DNA from: Raja brachyura
Lineage: Eukaryota
Direction: 5' to 3'
DNA: 64,000 nucleotides
Assembly (NCBI GenBank): GCA_963514005.1
Contig: OY740814.1
Location: forward strand, 14,384,001-14,448,000
A program made the position numbers and the translations under genes. Numbering within the stretch: the stretch's first letter is position 1; every line of letters begins with the position of its first letter. Shown piece after piece: positions 12,631-24,300 of the stretch. The notes under the pieces are model-generated. The model was not told where the DNA came from, did not search any database, and saw only the letters and a program-made list of their open reading frames with translations.

Positions 12631-13499
12631 CACATTCTGCTCGGGTCAGCCGAGATTTCGGAGCTGGTTGTACTCCCCGCGCAACGCCACCGCCCTCTCC
12701 CGGCCTTCCTGCTCTCTGCAGCCGAACCTGGGCTCCATGAAGCCGGGGAGTGAACCTCCCGCTCAGCTAAACTCTCCCGCGTCTGTGTCCGACGCTCCTT
12801 CTAACCACAAAATGTGTTAGTCTTCTGTGCAACATTTAAAGAAAGAATAGTGAATTCAAGATGTAATGGAGCGCTAATTCAAAACACCCGTTTGTCCGGC
12901 AAAATGAATGCTTCGAATTAAAGGACTTTTACCTGTTCACTCTTTAACAAACTTTAATTCTTTACACTCGTAACACCTGGTACCGGACTAGCTATCGTGT
13001 GTGAACGTTACACGGTAGAATGATAATTATTACTATCAGCCCCAAGTTTAAAGAAAGCGTGGGGAACTAGAGGGATTCTAGACCGGACCCTGATTCTCAA
13101 ATATTAGAGGGCACAGGATTAAGATGCGAGACCCCGAGTGTTTGACACACGTTGCAGTGGGCGTCTGGATTCTACTGCCAGGGAATGTGATGCATGCAGA
13201 CGCAATATCAACTTTTAAGAGGCATTTAGACCAACACATGCATGAGCGGGCAGGGAGTTGAGGATCATGTCAGGCAGGTTGGGTACATTTAGATTGGCTT
13301 CATGATCGGTACAGACATTATGGGCCGAAGGGCATCTTTTTGTGCTGTGATGTTCTTTATAACAATGCCCCGGTAAAAGAGTGCGGGTCACGGAACCAGG
13401 CGGATTTATAAAGCAGAAAGCGAGTAGGAAGGGGACGCGGGGACTCGGCCCGGCGAGTGGTCAGGGTAGTCTTCCGCTGGGAGCCCCAGGTGCTGCCTT

Positions 13500-14480
13500 C
13501 CAAATGGCGTTAGTTTGCAAAGCATTTTCCCTTTCAACAGAGTCCGATGGAGAACTATCAAGATATCCATATAGTGGATTTTACAAATCCCTAAAGTCTG
13601 TCATCCACCAAGATATCTGTAATCGGACATTAGAAGACAGCGGCTGCTGCGAAAGATCACGTCACCTTTACCTTTCAAGTTGGACTTTAATAAACGCGTT
13701 CAACCGCTTAATTCACCAGTTGGAGTTGAGACTATCCTTATAATAAGCACAACTTGCACTGGAAGGATAGTTGACTGAAAGAACACCTCCTCCCATCCAC
13801 TGACATTAACCCCTGCCATGTTATTACCAATGGTTTCAAAACGTATATTACGTGTCCTACCCCTAGAAATATTACTCTCGCATATCTAAAGGACATAAGG
13901 TAGATTGTATTAAACGCTAACTTTTTAATAACCGCAACGATGAACAATTTAGGGATATCAAGGCCCAATTACGAACCCTGCAGGACAAAAGACCATCGCC
14001 AACACTAATTGGGAGATGTAATATATCTTTGACAAACCTTCTGGAAACGTCATCCAAATTTGGCGACATGTTTTGCGAAACCTCGTCCAAGATTAAAGGA
14101 TAAAATAGAGATATCACTAACTCTTTAGCAAGCTTAGCTTTCTCATTAGGTTTAAGCCTGGTCTTGTCTAACCAGATGGCTAATTGCACTGGGCTCTCGC
14201 TAAATCTTCCGATCCGGTCAATCCTCGCACCCAGATATTCTTCAAAAGATCCCGCTCTATGAACGCTAAATCTAATTTATGGATTTCCCAATGGCTAATC
14301 CTATTATAAGTAAAGGTTTTATGTTTGGTAGACTTTTACAATTCGGCAGCCCGCCCCACGTTTATTTGGAGAGATTTACTCCACCACCGGGTCTGCCTGG
14401 AGTGTGGATACCAACAATCCTATCTGTCTTATTTAAGAAATGTTCTTTACCAGCAATCAATCATTGAGTGAACTTCAGTC
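13500..14480 (-). mobile_element. Decayed R2-like (RLE-clade) non-LTR retrotransposon: RT C-terminus, thumb and linker
   Basis: Frameshift-corrected translation: TFTYNRISHWEIHKLDLAFIE/GSFEEYLGARID...WLDKTRLKPNEKAKL...LDDVSRRFVKDILHLPISVGDGLLSCRVRN/GLDIPKL...NW*...KGKGDVIF. The motif order matches R2 (KYLG, LKP, HLP...DG.L..R.R.GGLG.PKL, QGKG). Confidence 0.72.
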
Positions 14481-14715
14481 TCTAGTTCTGGCCGGAAACA
14501 GCCACCAGCCAGCCAGCCATCAATCAACTGGACAGAAGGATGGGACCCCTCCTCAGCCCCCTCTCCCCCATCATTCGCGGTACCAACCCACAGTCCTGAA
14601 CCCATGCTCTGGGTCGGCTGGAGCCAGGTCTCTGTCCGAGGTGCTGAAACTCGGTTCCGGAGAGACAGATCTGTAATAAAATGCAGTGGAAAGAGGGGAG
14701 GGGAGGGAGAGGAGA

Positions 14716-15369
14716 NNNNNNNNNNNNNNNNNNNNNNNNNNNNNNNNNNNNNNNNNNNNNNNNNNNNNNNNNNNNNNNNNNNNNNNNNNNNNNNNNNNNN
14801 NNNNNNNNNNNNNNNNNNNNNNNNNNNNNNNNNNNNNNNNNNNNNNNNNNNNNNNNNNNNNNNNNNNNNNNNNNNNNNNNNNNNNNNNNNNNNNNNNNNN
14901 NNNNNNNNNNNNNNNNNNNNNNNNNNNNNNNNNNNNNNNNNNNNNNNNNNNNNNNNNNNNNNNNNNNNNNNNNNNNNNNNNNNNNNNNNNNNNNNNNNNN
15001 NNNNNNNNNNNNNNNNNNNNNNNNNNNNNNNNNNNNNNNNNNNNNNNNNNNNNNNNNNNNNNNNNNNNNNNNNNNNNNNNNNNNNNNNNNNNNNNNNNNN
15101 NNNNNNNNNNNNNNNNNNNNNNNNNNNNNNNNNNNNNNNNNNNNNNNNNNNNNNNNNNNNNNNNNNNNNNNNNNNNNNNNNNNNNNNNNNNNNNNNNNNN
15201 NNNNNNNNNNNNNNNNNNNNNNNNNNNNNNNNNNNNNNNNNNNNNNNNNNNNNNNNNNNNNNNNNNNNNNNNNNNNNNNNNNNNNNNNNNNNNNNNNNNN
15301 NNNNNNNNNNNNNNNNNNNNNNNNNNNNNNNNNNNNNNNNNNNNNNNNNNNNNNNNNNNNNNNNNNNNN
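14716..15369. other. Assembly gap (N run)
   Basis: Run of n characters. Confidence 0.99.
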
Positions 15370-16122
15370 TTGAACCGGGCGGGTTGTTAACACGGCTGGA
15401 CAGGTAACGTGTGTATCACATTCTTGCCTTCAGCAGTAGGGACATTAAATGAAAAAGCGGAGGGTAAGCTGTATACACATTTTGTTGGGCCACATGTGGA
15501 GTATTGCGGGCAGTTCTGGTTTCACATCACAGGAAGGTTGTCGAGATTCTGGAGAGGGGCAGAAGAGGTTCGCCAGGACGATGCCTGCATTAGAGACTAT
15601 TTGCGATCAGGAAAAGTTAGACAGACTAATTGTTTTCCCTTAGGTTTATATAAAGACGAGAGGCATAGTAGGGTCGATGGTCAAAGTCACTAACTTTGTG
15701 GAAAATACCAGAGGACGTAGCCTTAAGGCAATAGCGGGGAAGATTTAAGGAGTTTTGATGATTTTTTTTTCGACAGGTGCCTGGAATCTGCTGCCGGGGA
15801 AGTGGTGGGAATACTGGCAGTCCACGCTAGTGCATTAATATTCACAACCCCTTGTTGATCAATTTCCCGTTTGGGACCTTATCGAAGATCCTCTACAAAT
15901 CAAAATACCCCACATCCACTGGATCCCCCTATCCGTTCCACAAGCCACACCATTAGAACACCATTAGGCGCGCTTCCCCTTCATAAGCCCTCGCCCAACC
16001 CGCTCCACTATTTCCCTTTTTTTTAGTATTTAATGTGCGCGGCGCTGCGGGACCCTTACGGACTGAAAACAATGGCCATCGTCGCCGAACTCAGCCCGGA
16101 GTATGGAGGTTGGAACGTCGCG

Positions 16123-16518
16123 CCCCCCCACCCTGCCCCCCCCCGTCCCTCCCCGTCCCCGTCGCCCCCCCCCCGTCCCTCCCCGTCCCCGTCGCCCCCC
16201 CCCCGTCCCCCTCGCCCGTCCCCCTCGCCCGTCCCCCTCCCTCCCCCCCCCGTCCCCCTCCCCCTCCCGTCCCCCACCCCCTCCCATCCACCTCGCCCCC
16301 CGTCCCCCTCGCCCCCCGTCCCCCTCGCCCCCCCGTCCCCCTCGCCCCCCCCGTCCCCCTCGCCCCCGTCCCCCCCCCATCCCCCTCGTCCCCTCCCACT
16401 CCCTTCGTCCCCCCCCCCGCCCCCCCGTCCCCCTCGCCCCCCCCGTCCCCCTCGCCCCCGTCCCCCCCCATCCCCCTCGTCCCCTCCCACTCCCTTCGTC
16501 CCCCCCCCTCCCCGCGCC
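16123..16518. repeat. C-rich minisatellite (CCCCGTCCCCTCGCC-like units)
   Basis: Nearly pure C runs punctuated by GT/TCG; responsible for the spurious Pro/Gly-rich ORFs. Confidence 0.92.
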
Positions 16519-17110
16519 CGAAGCTGAAAGCCACGACCGTGCACCGGTGCTACAGGGTGTCTGTCCACTGCCTGGCCAGTCCCGGCCCAGGACGGGGGCA
16601 GCGTGAAGGGAAAGGACCGGTCGGTGGGAATCCTTAATCAGATTCACCGAATATATAATGACATCTGATTAGAATTGCTTGAGTATTCAGAGAGTAAATT
16701 ATTTCCGTTTCCATAGACACCGGTCCCAGACTTGTTCTTGCTTCTGCAGAAATGGGTCAAGATTGTGCAGGTCGGTCTGGAGCCTGATCAACATCGGCTT
16801 GGCGCCCTGGTTAGTCGGTGCTCGGGTCCGGCCCAGCTCCGCCCGCCGGGGGATCAGGTTCAGGTTCAGGGCGGTCGAGCTGCGCAGATCTGATTACTGA
16901 TCCCGGCTTAAAACTGCCGCGCTCACATTCTTCCAAATCTCTTTAGAACGAGAAGCCCAGGGCTGGGCGACGCTGTGTCCCTGGAAATGAGTCGGTGATC
17001 CAGGAGCGGGGACCATCTCCCCATTCACCGCGAGGAGCCGGGGCACCGCTGATGGGCCTGGTCTAACATTGCCAACATTGGACACTGGAGCGTTGAGGAA
17101 CGGAGACGGG

Positions 17111-18337
17111 ATGTTTCCGGGGCGCAGGAGGAGGCTGAGCTGGAGCCGGGTCGTCTTCCTGCTCGCAGCGCTGGCCATTTGTTCTCTCTCGCGGTTCCCC
17201 ACCGGGTGGTGGCCGGGATCATCGCTGTGGGGAGCGGGGGTCGGAGGCGGCTCCTTCCCTCACAGCAGAAGACTGCTGCAGGTCACAGCATCTGACAGCG
17301 GGCACACCGAGCTCCCCGGGACCCAGGCTCCACACCCCGGGACTGGAAGCGCCGAGACAGGGGTTGCCACGACCAGCAGCCCCGACCCCGGGCTTGTGGA
17401 GACCAGAAGCGCTCACTCCGGGACCCCGAGTCCCCATCCCGGCCCCCCCGGGACCAGCGCCCCAAACCCCGGCCCCACCGGGACCAAGAGCCCTCGGCCG
17501 GGGGTCCTCGGCTCCAATATCCCGTCAACCAGAGACTCCAGCACCTGGCCCCCTCCTACATTGGCTCCTCCCAACCAGACCAGCGCCGCCGCCATTAGCA
17601 GTGAACCGGCCTCGGGGAAGCCCAGGCTGAGGGGATGTATCCTGGTGGGCAACGAGATCGTGCCGGCGCCCACAACGGCAACAGCCTTCACGCCGGACAA
17701 CAGCGGGGAGCCTCCGCCCGGCCCCGGCCCCGACCCCATCCCCGTCCACACCGGCAGCGCGTACCCGGTGGATGTGTTCAGCCTGGAGGAGCGGCGGCGG
17801 GGCTGGGTGCTGCTGCATGTGACGGGCATGGTCTACATGTTCATCGCGCTGGCGCTGGTGTGCGACGAGTTCTTCGTGCCGTCATTGGGAGCGATCATTG
17901 AGAGGCTGAAGATCTCGGACGACGTGGCGGGGGCGACCTTCATGGCCGCCGGGGGCTCGGCGCCAGAACTCTTCACCTCCCTCATCGGGGTCTTCATCTC
18001 CCACAGCAACGTGGGCATCGGCACCATCGTGGGCTCGGCCGTCTTCAACATCCTCTTCGTCATCGGCATGTGCGCCATCTTCTCCCGGGAGATCCTGTAC
18101 CTCAGCTGGTGGCCGCTCTTCCGCGACGTCTCCTTCTACATCGTCGACCTGCTGATGCTCATCGTCTTCTTCCTGGACAACATGATCTGCTGGTGGGAGA
18201 GTCTGTGCCTGCTGCTCGCCTACCTGGCCTACGTGGGCTTCATGAAGTTCAACGGCGACATCGAGCAGTGGTTCAAGCGGCAGGTCACCAACAACAGCAA
18301 CGTGGTCAAAGTGGTGTCCATGCTCCACGGGGTCAAG
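17111..18337 (+). CDS. SLC24A1: SLC24A1 first (large) coding exon: signal/TM0, P/S/T-rich extracellular region, TM1-5 with alpha-1 repeat
   Basis: ATG at 17111 ([18 protein letters not shown]). Contains [19 protein letters not shown]...VCDEFFVP...[12 protein letters not shown] and ends [11 protein letters not shown]|gtgggt, phase 0. The upstream TTG start in the ORF track is probably not used. Confidence 0.93.
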
Positions 18338-21300
18338 GTGGGTGAGCGCCTCCCCCACCCGGGCCCTCGCTGCACCGGGTCCCGGCCGCGCCTCCCCTCC
18401 CAAACCCTCCCCTCCCCTCCCCGGCCAAGGTCCCGGCGGCAGACTGAGTGGTAACTACAGGCAGACAGACGGCTTCCAATACTCTGGTCGCCTGCAAGAG
18501 TCGGTGTGAGTCAGTGAAACTGTGAGTGTGAGTCAATGAAACTGTAAGTGTGAATCAGTGATACTGAGTGTGTGTGAGAGTGAGTGTGTGCCAATGAGAC
18601 TACGTGGGAGTGTCAGAGACTGTGTGTGTGTGTCAGTGAGACCGAGTGTGTATTAGTGAGTCTATGAGTGTGTGTCAGTGAGACTGAGTGTGTATTAGTG
18701 AGTCTGTGAGACTGAGTGTGTGTGAGAGTGAGTGTGTGCCAATGAGACTACGTGGGAGTGTCAGAGACTGTGTGTGTGTGTCAGTGAGACCGAGTGTGTA
18801 TTAGTGAGTCTATGAGTGTGTGTCAGTGAGACTGAGTGTGTATTAGTGAGTCTGTGAGACTGAGTGTGTGTGAGAGTGAGTGTGTACCAATGAGATTACA
18901 TGGGAGTGTCAGAGACTGTGTGTCAGTGAGACCGAGTGTGTATTAGTGAGTCTATGAGTGTGTGTCAACGAGACTGAGTGTGTATTAGTGAGACTGTGTG
19001 TGTGTGAGAGAGTGAGTGTGTACCAATGAGACTAACGTGGGAGTGTCAGAGACTGTGTGTGTCAGTGAGACTGAGTGTGTATTAGTGAGTCTGTGAGACT
19101 GAGTGAGTGTGAGAGACTGAGTCTGTATCAATCAGTGTGACTGGTGTGTATTAGTGAAACTGCGTGTGCAGAGACCGCAGATAAAGAGGTCAGAGTGAAG
19201 TGGAATGAAGAATTTCAGTGGCATGGAACAGTATGCTCATGTCTGCCCCTGCAGTCTGAGCCCTAGTTCTCCACTGGTACACTCAAATGCAAGATGTGCA
19301 AGAATCGCTGTCTTATCTAAAAGACAGATAGGGTCCCTGGATGTTAGGAAGCGAAAATATGAAATTATGGGAGGTGCAACAGCAATTACAAGGATAAGTA
19401 GCATGCGGCAGGGAGAGGTAGATGGGGATGGAAGAATACATCAGAGAGTCACAACTAGAGGGCTGAAAGGAGAGGGGTGGGGAATAAGTGTGGTAATGGA
19501 ATCTTGTTGGAACTGACAGAAGTTGCAAAGTAAGCCACACCAGTGCATTAGAATAAGAGTAGAGACCAAAATAGGACTGAAACAAGGACTGTCTCCAAGA
19601 TAAAGCCACAAGTAGCTCAGGCAGTACAAGTTCACTTCACTTCACATTTAATTTAAAGAAAGTCAGTAGAGTTGAAGGAGAAGTCGTTAATTGTGGGGAC
19701 TGATTCAGAAGGGCTCTCAGACCCTTCAGGTCTGGGATGGAGATAAAGAGTGATTGGACATCCATTGTGAAGATGAGCCAGTTGGCAAAGTGGTGGAGGA
19801 CATTAGAAGTCGCACAGATGCCAAATACAGAACATCATTGGGGTGACTCTCAGCTTCTAGTTCCTTGTCACCAGCTTTCTCCATCCATTCCCATCCTGAT
19901 TGTTCAATCTCTGGCTTCATGCACTGCCCCAAGGCCCCAAGCTTGAGGAACAACACCTCATCTTCCCCGTGGGCATGTTGCAGCCCTTGGGACTCAACGA
20001 TGAATTTAATCATCTCGAAAAACGTGCTTTTCTTCTGTACAAGGACTGGCCAGCTCTGCTGTAAGGTTTCAGTTGTAATATCAGCCTTTTCTCTGTCATT
20101 GTTAATTGTTCAAGTAGCTGAGCAGTTCCAGCATTCTTCCGTAAAGGGAAATTTAAAAAAAATCAGAAGATGCTGGAAACACACAGCAGCTCAGGCAGAA
20201 TCTGTGGAAGAGGTAAGCGAGTTCATGCTTCAGGTCAAAGAACTTGATCAGAACTGGAAAAGTGAGGAATTGGTTTGTTGACTTGGTCTCCCTCTTTCCC
20301 AGTTATAACAAAGAGCTTCAACCTGAAACACAACTCTGTTGCACAAATACTGCTGGTCCTGCTGAGTGTGCCCAGCACTTATTGCATACAGGTAATATGT
20401 TGCTTCAGCAGTCACCAAATCTGCTCAAGGACCCTTTTCCAGCCACATGCATTCTTCATTTCCTGCAAAGATGTGGGGTACTTTTGTTAAGCAGGCATAA
20501 ATCTCATGCCCAAGGAGTCAATCATTCTTCCTCTACCTTTTGTTCTTTCAGACTACTTTATCTCTAAAGGTTGGAATTACACATTATGTTAGCGAGAAGT
20601 TGATCTGGAACACTGGCTGTTCCAACAGATGGCTTTGGTAACCTCGCTTCCAACTCCACCTCCATGACAATGTGTTTGATAGACTCCAGCAATGAACTTC
20701 TGTTCTGAGTACACTTGCAAATTGTTTCTCAACAGCATACACACTTTAGAGCAACCAGCAAATGTGTATGCCATTGAAATTATTTTGCAACCTCCATGCA
20801 CACTGCTCATTCAATTCTGTCAATAACCACAGTCTGCGGACAGTCTCAGTCATTACCTTTTCTTTAAAATGGTTCCCTTGTCACGGTAATGACAGGAGGT
20901 GCAGACAGGAAATGTCCCAGGCTGTGGCAGTGTGAGTCTACTCTCCTTCCTGGAGTAACCTCCAGCGGCAGCTCATCTCACAGGGACTGTTCATAATTCA
21001 CTCTGATTAATCCTGTGTTACCTTGACCCATTTTAAACTAATTGCTGTGGAGCTTTGCACATGAGCCTGTGAAAAGAGAGAGATTAAGTATTGTGGATAC
21101 ACACGGCCTTAATTTTAAGTATTTAGTTCACCAAACCAGTTGTGCATATTTTGTGTAAAATATCACCCCTCCATTTACCTAAAAGAGAAAGCATGACCAT
21201 TGTGACCTCTCAACCACCTGGAAATTGTCCACATCTTGTAATGACGTACAGAAAACTTCCCCAATGAAAGATTGCAAAGAAAGAACCCACTGCATCCAGG

Positions 21301-24300
21301 TAACAGCCTGGAATCTGGAGCCAAGAGACTGGAGGAATCTGGAGCCAAGAGACTGGACATTGCATTGTAGAGGGGAGATAGCTGACATAAGGAGGTCAGA
21401 GAGATGATAGGTGGAACCAGTTAAGGGATGATGATGGCCAAATGGAACCAGGAGGGGGAGAGAGACAAATCTTGGTAATGAGAGAGGTGAGGGGGAGGGA
21501 TGAAAAAGGTGAACAAAGGGAGAGAGACCCCGTGTGGATTGGAAAGAGTGTGAAAGGAACAAAATAGGACCAGGGATCCATAAATTGAAACATCAACATT
21601 CATACCATTGGTCTGTAGTCTTCCCAAGTGGAATATCAGGTGTTGTTCTTCTAGTTTGCATTTGTCCTCATCCTGGCTGCGAAGAAATGTGGGTATGGAA
21701 AACTGAGGAAAGATGGGTGTGGAAATGGGAAAGGATGTTGAAATGAGATGAAATGAGGTTCACCGTATCTAGTATGTGCTTGGTCTCACCATTGTAGATG
21801 AGGTCACCAAATGCATTCGGCCAGGTTAGAGGAAGTACACTTAAATCTCTGCCTCACCTGGAAATACTTCATTTCCCTTGGATGGAGGTTGGAGAGGAGA
21901 TATAGAGACAGGTGGTGGACCTTTTACCAGGTGAATTTGAGGGCAGGGTTGGTGCAAAAGATGGTAAAATCCTAACGAGTGCAGGATGCAGCTGTCAGTG
22001 TAGCAGAGAAGGAGTTGGGGATAGGTGCCAGAGTAAATTTGGACCAAGCACTATTCCCTGTAGCCAATATAAAGATTGGCATTGCTGTGCTCATGACTAT
22101 TCCTTTGATTTGTAGAAAGAGGGATTAATCAAAATAAACGTTTTTGAGGGTGAGAGCAAGTTCTGCCAGAGGAATTAGAGTGTTGGCAGCGTGTTAGTGT
22201 TGTCTCGTGCGTCTCCATGACCTGGAATCATTGCTTGCCATCCCATCCCAACATTTGTTGGGCCAGCGGGAGAGGGCTGGGCTCACGAACTGCCTGCCCC
22301 TCCATTCACACAGCCAGGTCTGAATATCTGTATGGGTGGAGTCATAGAGAGGCCCCATCCGCTAAGCACAGATGGAGTTTAACAGGCAGCAAAGATGGGG
22401 TGGAGCTTTGTTTGTGAGTAATTTCAACTTCTTTGAAAATGTAATTAAATTCTGAAAAAGGTTAAGAATTACTTTATTTTCTGATAAAAATCAAAAATTA
22501 ATTAAAACATGTAAAGCACTTGGACGCAACTAAAACATTAAACTAGAGCAACATGGTAAAAAATAACTGACCTTCCTCTATCCAATTAACCAGCAGACCG
22601 GACTCAAACCCATCAGTTTGAGGTGGTTTCTGGTTTTCTGAGTGAGAGTTCTGTGCAGATTGCAAAGGGAGACAGTTATGTGGAAAGACTGAAAATAAAC
22701 ACGAAAAAAGGTCCCAAAGAGAAATGTCATCTGTACATTTCCCAACACACATCAAACACTTGTTCCTCCAGCACTTCAATTTTGTTTTGGCTCCAGATTC
22801 CAACAACGCCAGTTTTTTTTGTGCCTCCTGAAAACTATCTTATTTTCAAATGTAACGGAACACTTCCCAAACTGCTCTAGCTTGGTCTCCGACTTTAAGA
22901 GTGTCCTCGGAAGCTTCCTCATTGACCAAGTCTGTGAGCACCAGTCCTGATATCCTTGCGGGTTACACAAAAAGCTGGAGAAACTCAGCGGGTGCAGCAG
23001 CATCTAAGGAGCGAAGGAGATAGGCGATGTTTCGGGTCGAGACCCTTCTTCAGAAGTCTCGACCCGAAACGTCGCCTATCTCCTTCGCTCCTTAGATGCT
23101 GCTGCACCCGCTGAGTTTCTCCAGCTTTTTGTGTAACCCTCGATTCTCCAGCATCTGCAGTTCCTTCTTTAACACTGATATCCTTGCGTTTAGCTCTGTA
23201 TTGCTTCTTAAAACTCTACTGCCCAGGTGTGATCATGCAAGTGAACATTAATGAAAGAATGGTCACTTGCCTAAGAAGATTTAGGAAGTCTTAATGGGTG
23301 TGGGGTTGTATCTAAAGATCTAATCTGTCACAATTTGCCATTCAAATCTTTATGGAAGTCAGTATTATGAAACATTCGCATGGTGAATAATTTTCAATTT
23401 CTCTTTCTTGCATGAAGAAGAAGAATGATATCGATCGCAAAGATGAAGAACCAAGTGATAACACCAGGCTCAAGGTAAAAGTCCAATTAGGCAGATTCCA
23501 GTAATTAATATGTGGAAACACCATAGTAATGTGTTAGATTTTTATAATATAGAAATAGTAAAGAAGATATAGCTTTTGGTTCGTGTAATAATGGCTTTAG
23601 AAAATTTACAAAAAGAATCGCAGTTTCATGGACTAAAGGTCATCTCTACAATCCATCACTGTCACATTTCCCTATTGACAAGATGGAAAATGAAATAGAT
23701 TCTCAGTTTGAATCAACCAGGTTGTTATTCCAATCTAACGGAGTTTTGTTAAGCCTTAGACTCCAAATGTCCTCAGCTATGGGGCATTAGGACACAATGT
23801 CATTATGCTTGTTGAGAAGGATTGCAGGAAAAGCAAAGAGAATGAAGACATTGCCTCAGAGACTGACAAATTCCAAGCAGGAAGCATTCTGTCTCTCAGA
23901 CCCCTTCACCAGTCACTAAAATTATAACCTCTGCTTTACAGGCCATCTATTAGTGGCAACCTTTCAACCCTTTGCTTCTTAAAACCATTTCCGTCTTTAA
24001 AATATTCAAAGACATTGTCACCACCACCCTTTGAGAACAAGAATTCCAAACACACCTGACCTTCTGAGAGAAAAATATTCACCCCCACTCTATCTTAAAT
24101 GGGGACCCATTTACTTGGAAACAGTGACCCCCCAAGTTCAAGATTCTCTCACTTGTCCATGTTTACCCTGTTAAACCTCTCAGGATCTTGTGTAAGAAGG
24201 AACTGCAGATGCTGGTTTAAACCGAAGACACACACAAAAAGTTGGAGTAATTCACCGGGGAAGGCAGCATCTCCGAAGAGAAGGAATGGTTGACGTTTCA

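Larger units (their letters stand above)
15950..18450. promoter_or_regulatory. CpG-island-like region covering the 5' end and first coding exon of SLC24A1
   Basis: Visibly high GC and CpG density compared with the AT-rich, CpG-poor introns. Confidence 0.6.

Noticed and set aside
12880-13010. CYEC...GKSP on the - strand as the R2 zinc knuckle
   Set aside because: Spacing and residues do not fit CX2CX8HX4C well enough; could be chance.
14524-15407. Long ORFs containing X residues
   Set aside because: Artefacts of translating through the N gap.
16055-16115. Possible first exon of a divergent gene such as INTS14 (- strand donor-like CC|GTAAGG)
   Set aside because: No INTS14-like coding sequence was recognised in the window; a lone donor motif is insufficient.
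16030-16647. Six overlapping Pro-rich or Gly/Arg-rich ORFs
   Set aside because: Produced by the stop-free C-rich minisatellite; no protein-family signal.
17219-18536. Antisense and alternative-frame ORFs over the first SLC24A1 coding exon
   Set aside because: Expected shadows of a GC3-rich coding exon.
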